Shown here piece after piece: positions 18,850-26,688 of a stretch of DNA of 61,868 nt. The DNA is from Candidatus Darwinibacter acetoxidans (GTDB lineage: Bacteria > Bacillota > Limnochordia > Darwinibacteriales > Darwinibacteriaceae): positions 1 through 61,868 of the forward strand of contig JBHGWS010000135.1 in the NCBI GenBank assembly GCA_041936745.1. Direction: 5' to 3'. The notes under the pieces are model-generated. The model ran no database searches. It was not told the origin of the DNA and was given only the letters and a program-made list of their open reading frames with translations. The number at the start of each line of letters is the position of its first letter. Position 1 is the first letter of the stretch. Position numbers and translations under genes: made by a program.

Positions 18850-20388
18850 GTGCGGGATAAGTATTTGCTTGTATTTGATGCGGGAACAGGCGCGGGCCGC
18901 TGCAGCATTTTCGATCTTAAGGGATCTTTGGCAGCCGTCGATTATTGTGAATGGAATTACGTGACACCTTATGAAAACAAGGAAATCCGGGAGTTTATCC
19001 CTGCGGACTTTTGGGAAATTCTATCTCGAGTGGCCCGGGGTGCGCTGGCCAAGGCCGGCATAGATCCGAATCAGGTCATTGGCGTCACCTCGACCAGCCA
19101 GCGGGAAGGCGTAGTTATTATTGATAAGGGGGGCCAAGAGATTTATGCCGGCCCAAATATAGACTTCCGCGGCGAAGTGCAAGGGAAGTGGCTGCATGAA
19201 AACTTCGGCCCGGAAATGTATGAAATTTCCGGCCACTGGCCGTCTGCCATGACCGCTCCGGCCAGGCTTTTGTGGTTTAAAGAGCATAAACCTCATCTCT
19301 ACAAGCGAATGCATGCGCTGATGATGATCAATGATTGGATTTTGTACCGCTTGACGGGTGAAGTAGCCAGTGAACCTTCCAATGCCTGTGAGACACTGTT
19401 TTTTAACATTCACACTATGGCTTGGGACTACGATCTCATAGACAAGCTGGGCGTGAATCCCATGCTCTTTCCCAAAATACTGCGCTCCGGCGATCAACTT
19501 GGTTTGGTCAGTGAAAAAGCAGCCGCGGCAACGGGCTTAAAGGCAGGGACACCTGTGTTTATGGGCGGTGCCGATACCCAATGCGCTCTCTTGGCCACCG
19601 GTGGCCTTAAAGAAGGGCACACTGCCATCGTCTCAGGAACATCAACACCTGTCCAGGCAGTGGTAAAAGAACCCCTTTTAGATGGTAAAGCACGGGTAAG
19701 GACAGGCTGTTACCTGCCCGCAGGCAGTTGGGTCATTGACAGTAATGCCAGGCCGACGGGTGTAGTATACCGCTGGCTGCGCGATACTTTCTATGCGAAC
19801 GACTGCGCCGGCGCCGCAGATCTTTATGAAGTAATGAACAAAGAAGCGGCTGCCGTACCGCCGGGCTCTGAGGGCTTAGTGGCCTTTGGCGGGCCCAGCA
19901 TTTTGAATGTCAGTGATCAGAGGGATTTTCCCAATATGTTTTTCGGGATCAAACCAGGCTATGAAAAGGAACTCTGCCGGCGCGGGCTTTTTGCCCGCAG
20001 CATCTTGGAAAACATCGCTTTTGCCGTCAGGGGTAATATTGAACAAATCTATGATCTGCTCAATTACAAGCCCCCTTATGTCTACATGACCGGAGGCGCG
20101 GCTAAATCGGCCCTTCAGTTGGAAATTATGGCGAATGTGCTGGGCCTGCCCATCCACGTGGCTCAAGGCGAAGAGTCGACGTCACTGGGGGCCGCAATCT
20201 GTGGCGCAGTGGGTGCAGGAGTGTTCGCCGATTTTGACCGGGCCGTGGCGGCCATGGTCCGGCCCGCGGCAGTAGTTGAGCCCCGGCCTTTGTTAACAGG
20301 CGAATACGAGAAACATTATCGACGCTGGAAAAAACTTTACGATTATATGACTGAAAATATCAATGCACTAACAAACAATTTAAACTAA
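18850..20388 (+). CDS. FGGY-family carbohydrate kinase, LsrK (AI-2 kinase)-like
   Basis: DAGTG.GR.SIFDL.G, SQREG, ARLLW, GLKAGTPVFMGGAD, TGG, TSLGAAI; from memory, closely parallels LsrK. Confidence 0.88.
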   Translation: MRDKYLLVFDAGTGAGRCSIFDLKGSLAAVDYCEWNYVTPYENKEIREFIPADFWEILSRVARGALAKAGIDPNQVIGVTSTSQREGVVIIDKGGQEIYAGPNIDFRGEVQGKWLHENFGPEMYEISGHWPSAMTAPARLLWFKEHKPHLYKRMHALMMINDWILYRLTGEVASEPSNACETLFFNIHTMAWDYDLIDKLGVNPMLFPKILRSGDQLGLVSEKAAAATGLKAGTPVFMGGADTQCALLATGGLKEGHTAIVSGTSTPVQAVVKEPLLDGKARVRTGCYLPAGSWVIDSNARPTGVVYRWLRDTFYANDCAGAADLYEVMNKEAAAVPPGSEGLVAFGGPSILNVSDQRDFPNMFFGIKPGYEKELCRRGLFARSILENIAFAVRGNIEQIYDLLNYKPPYVYMTGGAAKSALQLEIMANVLGLPIHVAQGEESTSLGAAICGAVGAGVFADFDRAVAAMVRPAAVVEPRPLLTGEYEKHYRRWKKLYDYMTENINALTNNLN

Positions 20389-20406
20389 ATTAGAGGAGTG
20401 TTATTA

Positions 20407-21069
20407 ATGAAAAAAATCAACACGGAATTGGCTCAACAGGTTGTCGATTACGGTAAGAAAATGTTCCGGGCCGGCCTTGTAACCGGAACGGGCGGCAATA
20501 TCAGTGTCAGGGTACCGGGGGAAAATGCCTATTTGATTTCACCCTCCGGCATGCCCTACGAAGAAGTCACCGTAGATGACATTGTCATGATCGACTTTGA
20601 GGGAAACCAGATTGGCGGCAAAAGGCGCCCTTCCGTGGAAAAAAACATGCACAGGCTGATTTTAAAGAACAGGCCTGAATTCAATGCGGTGATCCACACC
20701 CATTCCACCTATGCTTCCGCTTATGCTTCGCTGCGCAGGCCCCTGCCCGTCTTTTTAGATGTTATGTCCTGCGTTTTCGGCGGCCCGGTGCCTGTTGCGG
20801 AGTATGCCCGCATCGGTTCTGAAGAGCTGGCTGTTAATGTGGAAAAGGCAATGCGGGGAACCAACGTTGTCTTGATCGCCAACCACGGCAGTATCGGTGC
20901 GGCTGACAGCTTAGAGTTCGCGTACGGTAACGTGGAACTTTTGGAAGTCTGCTGCAAGAGCTACTTTGCTGCCTGCGCAGCCGGTGTCCCCATTTCTGTA
21001 AGTGACGAAGATGTAAGGCTGACAGTTGAAGAGCAGGCTAAGAAATACGGCCAAAAAGGCAAAGACTGA
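20407..21069 (+). CDS. Class II aldolase (L-fuculose-1-phosphate aldolase/DrdA-like)
   Basis: GTGGNISVR, PSG, PSVE (catalytic Glu), HTH, NHG, C-terminal KKYG tail. Confidence 0.9.
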   Translation: MKKINTELAQQVVDYGKKMFRAGLVTGTGGNISVRVPGENAYLISPSGMPYEEVTVDDIVMIDFEGNQIGGKRRPSVEKNMHRLILKNRPEFNAVIHTHSTYASAYASLRRPLPVFLDVMSCVFGGPVPVAEYARIGSEELAVNVEKAMRGTNVVLIANHGSIGAADSLEFAYGNVELLEVCCKSYFAACAAGVPISVSDEDVRLTVEEQAKKYGQKGKD

Positions 21070-21112
21070 GTGCCCAATTACTTGATTCGAAGATTCTTTA
21101 AGGAGGATTCAA

Positions 21113-22099
21113 TTGGTAAAAAAATCACTGCACGAACTAGCGTTAAAAAGCAAAAAAGCATTGTTGATCGGCATTGGCGGCGGCGGGGACATCATCCAAG
21201 GTATTCCCATCCGCAACTATTTCAAAGATTTAGGTGTAGAAGAGGTCGCTTTGGCGGGGATTGCCGGCGAGTGGTGGCCCTTTGATACAACATCGCCCAG
21301 CGAATACATTTGGGCACCTACGGTCTATCGCGTGGAAGATTTGGAAAATGCCAAGCTTATCTGCCCCGGCGCGGCCGAAGTAACAAAGGATACGAAATAT
21401 GAGGGCAGGGCAATTGCAGAAGCCAAGGTAAGCGGCGTAATCGGTGAAAACACCTTCGTTTTTTCTGCCAAAGACGGGGTCCAAGGCTTGCTCAAGACAC
21501 TTAATGAGTTTGTGGCAGTAATGGGCTTCGATCTGGTTGTGGGCATGGATGTGGGAACCGATTCGCTCTACAGCGGTGATGATGAAATCCACCAGCCCAA
21601 AACACCTTTGGTGGACTTTATCGCCCTTTCGGCTTTGGCTAATCTCAATGTAACATCAGTCTACGGTTTGGCGGGCTTTGGTGCCGACGGCGAGATGGAG
21701 ATCGTCGATGCTGAGCGCAACTTGGGTAAAATCATGCAGGCGGGCGGCTTTATCGGTGCTTACGGCCTCGGCCAGCAGGACATTATCGACATGGAAGCGG
21801 CTTGTGATGAGTTCGCCGACCCTGTGGAGAGGTTTCCCTGTCTGGCGGCTAAAGGGGACTTTTCTTATAAACTGATGAAACTCTCCGATATTTGGGGGAC
21901 AACCGTCAAACTCATGCCGATTACGGCCGTGACCATGTTCTTCGATCCCAAGGTAGTCGTGGAATCCTGTGCGAAGCTGGCGATTGAAATCTTCGAAACA
22001 AACAGCTTGGAAGAAGCGGAAGACATCTTCCTGGCCAATGATGTGGTGCCTGAAACCAGGCTGCCCCGCGCCGTTGATTTCCTGCCGCCCAGACAATAG
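21113..22099 (+). CDS. DUF1152 family protein of unknown function
   Basis: GIGGGGD, DVGTD..YSGDD...P.VD, GFGADGE motifs as recalled for DUF1152; TTG start after AAGGAGG. Confidence 0.75.
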   Translation: MVKKSLHELALKSKKALLIGIGGGGDIIQGIPIRNYFKDLGVEEVALAGIAGEWWPFDTTSPSEYIWAPTVYRVEDLENAKLICPGAAEVTKDTKYEGRAIAEAKVSGVIGENTFVFSAKDGVQGLLKTLNEFVAVMGFDLVVGMDVGTDSLYSGDDEIHQPKTPLVDFIALSALANLNVTSVYGLAGFGADGEMEIVDAERNLGKIMQAGGFIGAYGLGQQDIIDMEAACDEFADPVERFPCLAAKGDFSYKLMKLSDIWGTTVKLMPITAVTMFFDPKVVVESCAKLAIEIFETNSLEEAEDIFLANDVVPETRLPRAVDFLPPRQ

Positions 22100-22110
22100 G
22101 AGGTAAGACA

Positions 22111-23445
22111 ATGCAGCCGAAAACGGTTGATCTGCTGATCAAAGATGTAATGGTTTTAAAAATGGATCCTAAAAGGACTTTTCTTGAAAAAGCTTCTCTA
22201 GCCGTTGACGGCGGCTACATTGTAGACATCGGCAGTGAGCTTGCGTATGAGCCGGAAAAGGTGATCACCCTTAAACAGGGTGTCGCCCTTCCCGGGCTCA
22301 TTAACTGCCACATGCACGGCACCTTAACCAGGGGTATCTGTGAAGATATGAAGCTGATGGACTGGCTGAACGAAATTTGTTATCCCCTGGATGCACAGTA
22401 TAACCCGGAGATTATCTCCGTTTCCGAACAGCTGAACCAGCTGGAGATGATCATGTCCGGCACCACCACGTTTGTAGATATCTATCGGTATATGGATTCA
22501 GCGGCCCGGGTTCTGCTTAAATCGGGTTTGCGGGGCTTTTTAACACCCCAAGTAGTTGACATTCCGCAGGGTGTGGGAGAGACGTTTGCGGACAACGTTG
22601 AGCTTTTCCACAATTGGCATGGGAAAGGCAACGGCAGAATCAATGTTTGGATGGGTGTTCATGCCCCCTATACTTCAGTTGAGGAGACTTACGTCAGGGC
22701 AAAAGAGTTTGCCGATGCTCACAATATAGGGATCCACACCCACGTGGCGGAAACCTTGGACGAGGTGGCTATGTTCCAAGAGAAACACGGTAAAACCCCC
22801 TTTGAATTCCTGGACTCTCTAGGGGTGCTGGGCGGCCCGTTTTTGGCAGCCCACTGCATCCATGTTACTGAAAGTGATATGGATATTATGGCCGCCAACG
22901 ATGTCACAGCCGTTTACAACCCGATCAGCAACATGAAGCTGGCTTCCGGTATTGCCCCCGTTGCCCGGATGAGGGAAAAAGGGATCCGGGTCGTGTTGGG
23001 TACAGACTCTAACTTAAGCAACAACAGCATTGATTTGGTGAAAGAGCTCCAAATTGCGGGCCCCCTGCAGAAATTAGGCAGAATGGATGCAGCCGTCTTA
23101 AAAAGTTATGAAGTATTGGAAATGGCCACAATCCGGGCGGCGGAGGCCTTGGGTATTGAAGAAAGCGTCGGGTCTTTGGAGGTCGGCAAAAAAGCGGATA
23201 TTATCCTCTTCGATTTCGACAGGCCCCATCTTTGGCCTTATCTGACCGGTGAGCGAAACAACATTGTGGAGCAGATAGTCTATTCCGCAAACGGGGCGGA
23301 TGTCCACACAACGATAGTGGATGGGAAAGTGCTGATGGAAAACAGAGAGGTCAAGACACTGTGCCGCCAAGAGATTTTTGCAAAATCACAAAAAATGCTG
23401 AAGCGCCTCTGTGTGGGGGCCGGGCTTATTAGCGGTAACGATTAG
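22111..23445 (+). CDS. Amidohydrolase, MTA/SAH/5'-deoxyadenosine deaminase (MtaD)-like
   Basis: PGLINCHMH, HAPYT, HTHVAET, AHCIH, SNMKLASG, LGTD, GSLEVGKKAD motifs. Confidence 0.85.
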   Translation: MQPKTVDLLIKDVMVLKMDPKRTFLEKASLAVDGGYIVDIGSELAYEPEKVITLKQGVALPGLINCHMHGTLTRGICEDMKLMDWLNEICYPLDAQYNPEIISVSEQLNQLEMIMSGTTTFVDIYRYMDSAARVLLKSGLRGFLTPQVVDIPQGVGETFADNVELFHNWHGKGNGRINVWMGVHAPYTSVEETYVRAKEFADAHNIGIHTHVAETLDEVAMFQEKHGKTPFEFLDSLGVLGGPFLAAHCIHVTESDMDIMAANDVTAVYNPISNMKLASGIAPVARMREKGIRVVLGTDSNLSNNSIDLVKELQIAGPLQKLGRMDAAVLKSYEVLEMATIRAAEALGIEESVGSLEVGKKADIILFDFDRPHLWPYLTGERNNIVEQIVYSANGADVHTTIVDGKVLMENREVKTLCRQEIFAKSQKMLKRLCVGAGLISGND

Positions 23446-23456
23446 GGGAGGCCGAT

Positions 23457-24095
23457 ATGGGCATTGTTATTTTAGGCAAAGAAATTACGTTGAAAAAATT
23501 AGTTGTATTCCTGGGCGGCCTGGCGCTTTTGGCACTCGGCATGACCCTGTTTATGAAAACATCCCTGGGCGCTGAGCCGTGGGCATTGTTATATGCCGGT
23601 GTGAGCGGTTTCACGGGACTTGACGTAGGTTTAACCATCCAGCTGATTGGAATTGCCATGGTTTTGTTAGTCTGCGTAAGTGAAAGAAGCCTGCCCAAAC
23701 CGGGTACTCTAGCCTCTTTTATAGTAATCGGCCTTTTTGCCAATTTTTTTGCGGGGCTTGGTTTTAACTTTTCCGAGTTAGGTTTTTTAGCTAACCTGGC
23801 GGCCTTCATCACCGCGGTCATCACAGCCTCGTTAGGCTTAGGTTTGTATGTGGCTGCTGATTTAGGCGAAGGGAATATAGAACTTCTGCAATTTTTTCTC
23901 GCGGGCAGGCTGAAGAAAAATATAACTGCGGTGCGGGTAGTAATGGACTGTTCGGCTGCACTTTTGGGCTTTCTGCTCGGCGGCCCGCTCGGTGTCGGGA
24001 CAGTTATTTCCGCTTTTGCCATTGGGCCTCTCCTGACTTTCTTTTTAAACCTCTCCCGGCGCTATCTTTTCCCGGAACACAACGAGCAAATTTAA
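23457..24095 (+). CDS. YczE/YyaS/YitT-type membrane protein
   Basis: LG.EPW..L..G, GTL, D.....LG..LGGP.GVGTV repeats; highly hydrophobic. Confidence 0.75.
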   Translation: MGIVILGKEITLKKLVVFLGGLALLALGMTLFMKTSLGAEPWALLYAGVSGFTGLDVGLTIQLIGIAMVLLVCVSERSLPKPGTLASFIVIGLFANFFAGLGFNFSELGFLANLAAFITAVITASLGLGLYVAADLGEGNIELLQFFLAGRLKKNITAVRVVMDCSAALLGFLLGGPLGVGTVISAFAIGPLLTFFLNLSRRYLFPEHNEQI

Positions 24096-24106
24096 GGAGG
24101 AAAAAT

Positions 24107-25258
24107 ATGTTTTATGAAATTTTAATTCCACAAAGGACAGTACGTAAAGCAGGCGCACTCGGCGAAATCGGCCGGTTGGTGGAGCGCCGCGGCGATAAAG
24201 CTTTTCTTGTAACCAGCAGTTTTCTGGTAGATTACGCAAAAACAGCGGCGGCAAGCCTAAAAGAAGCCGGCTTTGACACTAAAATCGGCGACTTTGTTGA
24301 TGCAGAGCCTGATATTGCTGTGGTTGACAAACTTACCGAAGATGCCAAAGAGTACGGGGCAGATATGGTTGTCTCCATCGGCGGCGGCAGTGTTTTAGAT
24401 ACGGGTAAAGCAGTTGCCCTAATGATCAACAATCCCGGTTCTGTCAGGGAGTACCTCCACGGTGTCCCCTTCGGCATGTTCGAAAACCGGGGAGTTTATT
24501 CCGCCTGTGTGGCAACAACGGCGGGAACCGGCTCGGAAGCGAGCCCCTGTTCCGTAGTAATTGATCACGAAAAACAAGTCAAGCCGAATATGCTGCACCA
24601 ATTTTTAATTCCGGATCTGGCCGTACTCGATCCTGAACTGCTCCTTTCTCTGCCGAAACCGATAGTGGCAGCCACCGGTTTTGATGCCCTAACTCACGCC
24701 ATCGAAGCGTATGTTTCCCTTTGGTCTAACGCAGCAACGAAAATGTACAGCCTGGAAGCGATTCGCTGCGTTGCGGCAAACTTGGAAAAATTCGTGAACA
24801 GCGATGATTTAGAGGCCGCAGCGGAACTTTTAAGGGGCAGCAACCTGGCAGGTACGGCGATGAATGCAGCGACAGGCATTGCTCACGGCATCGGCCAACC
24901 AATCGGTGCAGTTTACGGCATCTCCCATGGTGATGCCATGAGCATTCTTCTACCCATATCCATGGAAGCCAACTTGGACTGGGCAGTAGACGCTTACGGG
25001 CAAGTCGCTGTGGCTTTAGGTGTTGATCCCTTAGGCAAGTCGCCGAGGGAAACCGCTTTAGCCGGCACGGCCAAAGTGAGAGAAATCGCGGCGGCTATCG
25101 GTGTTAAAACTAAAATCAGTGAATGCGGCGATTTTTCTAAAGATAAGTTCGCCGAAATCGTGCAGAGCGTTAACGATACAATTGATGCAGATAACTACTG
25201 CAACCCGCGGCCGCTCACAGATGAACTTGTCCTGGAGATCTTAGAAAAAGCCTTTTAA
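24107..25258 (+). CDS. Iron-containing alcohol dehydrogenase
   Basis: GGGSVLDTGK, TTAGTGSE, DALTHAIE, AHG...SHG metal ligands. Confidence 0.92.
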   Translation: MFYEILIPQRTVRKAGALGEIGRLVERRGDKAFLVTSSFLVDYAKTAAASLKEAGFDTKIGDFVDAEPDIAVVDKLTEDAKEYGADMVVSIGGGSVLDTGKAVALMINNPGSVREYLHGVPFGMFENRGVYSACVATTAGTGSEASPCSVVIDHEKQVKPNMLHQFLIPDLAVLDPELLLSLPKPIVAATGFDALTHAIEAYVSLWSNAATKMYSLEAIRCVAANLEKFVNSDDLEAAAELLRGSNLAGTAMNAATGIAHGIGQPIGAVYGISHGDAMSILLPISMEANLDWAVDAYGQVAVALGVDPLGKSPRETALAGTAKVREIAAAIGVKTKISECGDFSKDKFAEIVQSVNDTIDADNYCNPRPLTDELVLEILEKAF

Positions 25259-25269
25259 GGGAGGGGACG

Positions 25270-25725
25270 ATGTTGAAATTAGCAGTTGGGGCTGATTACT
25301 ACGCGGGCCTGGATCTAAAAGATATTCTTGTGGCAGCCTTAAAGGCTCAAGGCTACGAAATAACGGACTGCGGCGCCAAACGAGGCGAAGCCGTTGATTA
25401 CCCTTTCGTTGCCCAAAAAGTGGCGAAAGCCGTTTTAAGCGGTGAATGCGAGAAGGGGATTTTAATCTGCGGGACCGGTATCGGTATCAGTATCGCGGCG
25501 AATAAGATTAAAGGCATTATCGCCGCCCACTGTACAGACACCTACTCCGCCAGGATGGCCGCGGAACACAATAACGCCAATATCATTACGCTGGGCGAAA
25601 GAATCACCGGTGTAGAAGTGGCCAAGGAGATTGTCACTACCTGGCTGAACAGTAAATTCCAAGCAGGCCCCCATAAAGCCTGCGTTGCCCAAATTTTACA
25701 GTTGGAAGCAGAAGGGTCCATCTAA
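25270..25725 (+). CDS. rpiB: RpiB/LacAB-family sugar isomerase (phosphate-binding residues substituted)
   Basis: DYP, ICGTGIGISIAANK, HNNAN, LGER; DH motif changed to DYY and the C-terminal Arg residues are absent. Confidence 0.85.
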   Translation: MLKLAVGADYYAGLDLKDILVAALKAQGYEITDCGAKRGEAVDYPFVAQKVAKAVLSGECEKGILICGTGIGISIAANKIKGIIAAHCTDTYSARMAAEHNNANIITLGERITGVEVAKEIVTTWLNSKFQAGPHKACVAQILQLEAEGSI

Positions 25726-25767
25726 AAAAAGAAGCCCTGCCACCAAGGTGGGAGGGTTTCTCTCTTT
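25726..25767. terminator. Bidirectional terminator ending the catabolic operon
   Basis: A-run, GAAGCCCT..CCACC-aa-GGTGG..AGGGTTTC hairpin, T-rich tail, between convergent genes. Confidence 0.65.
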
Positions 25768-26614
25768 AATCCAAAGCCGGGCCGCCGTAAGCAGCGATGC
25801 CTAGCATGCCTGCACCGCCGTGTACCGCCAAAGATGCGCTCATTTCCGCCGTGAAAATTTGGATATGCTTGAGGCGTTTTTCCACGGCTTTTTTTAATTC
25901 CTCCGCTTGGGCGGGGGCGTTGGTGTGTAAAATAGCGATGTTCAGTTCAGTGGCGGGGAAGCGCTCTTCTATCAAAGTGATCAGCCGCTGTAAGGCCCGG
26001 GGGTAGGAGCGGACCCGTGCCACAACGTCAACTAAACCATCTTTAACGCCCAAAATGGGTTTGATGGCCAAAGCACTTGCTATCAGGCTTTTCATTGAGC
26101 CGACGCGGCCGCTTTTCGTTAAATATTTTAAAGTGGGTACTGCGACAAAAATCGCCGTGCGCTGTTTTACGTTTTCAATAATTTCCATAATCTCTTCCCT
26201 GGTTTTACCAGCCTGCGCGGCCTTGGCCGCAGCCAGGGCCATAAAACCCTGGGCCATACTGGCAGTTTTGGAATCTACAACACTGATCGGTACAGACAGC
26301 TGTTTTTTAATTAAATTAGCAACATTGACTGTCCCGCTGCCCAGGCCGGTGACGTGGATAGAAATGATTTCCTTTGCCCTTTTTGCAGCCCGTTTATAGA
26401 CTGCCAAAAAATCTCCCGGCGAGGGCTGCGAAGTAGTAACGCTTTTGGCTTTCTCCAATTGGCTGTAAAAATGCTCCGCCGAAAGATCAACGCCCTCTTT
26501 ATAGACCTCATCATCTATCTGCACACTGATGGGGACCACATCTAAGCCCAACAGGCGGGCAAGCCTTTCGGGGATGCCCGCGGAACTGTCTGTAACAATA
26601 ACTATGTTTTTCAT
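25766..26614 (-). CDS. DegV family fatty-acid-binding protein
   Basis: IVTDSS, TTSQPSPG, SGT, VDSKTAS, YL.KSGR, IKPIL motifs. Confidence 0.92.
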   Translation of the reverse strand: MKNIVIVTDSSAGIPERLARLLGLDVVPISVQIDDEVYKEGVDLSAEHFYSQLEKAKSVTTSQPSPGDFLAVYKRAAKRAKEIISIHVTGLGSGTVNVANLIKKQLSVPISVVDSKTASMAQGFMALAAAKAAQAGKTREEIMEIIENVKQRTAIFVAVPTLKYLTKSGRVGSMKSLIASALAIKPILGVKDGLVDVVARVRSYPRALQRLITLIEERFPATELNIAILHTNAPAQAEELKKAVEKRLKHIQIFTAEMSASLAVHGGAGMLGIAAYGGPALD

Positions 26615-26688
26615 TTAATCCACCTTCCCAACTCCACTACCTTGTTTATACCACGAGGCGGCTGAATTACCTGCCGGGCAAAGCGAAT

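Noticed and set aside
11080-25725. Canonical lsr (AI-2 quorum sensing) operon
   Set aside because: There is no LsrB/LsrACD-type transporter, LsrF or LsrG; the transporter is BMP nucleoside-type and a deaminase is present. Kept only as an alternative hypothesis for the kinase.
16820-25725. Bacterial microcompartment locus (kinase, aldolase and ADH combination)
   Set aside because: No BMC-H/T/P shell genes and no acylating aldehyde dehydrogenase are in the window.
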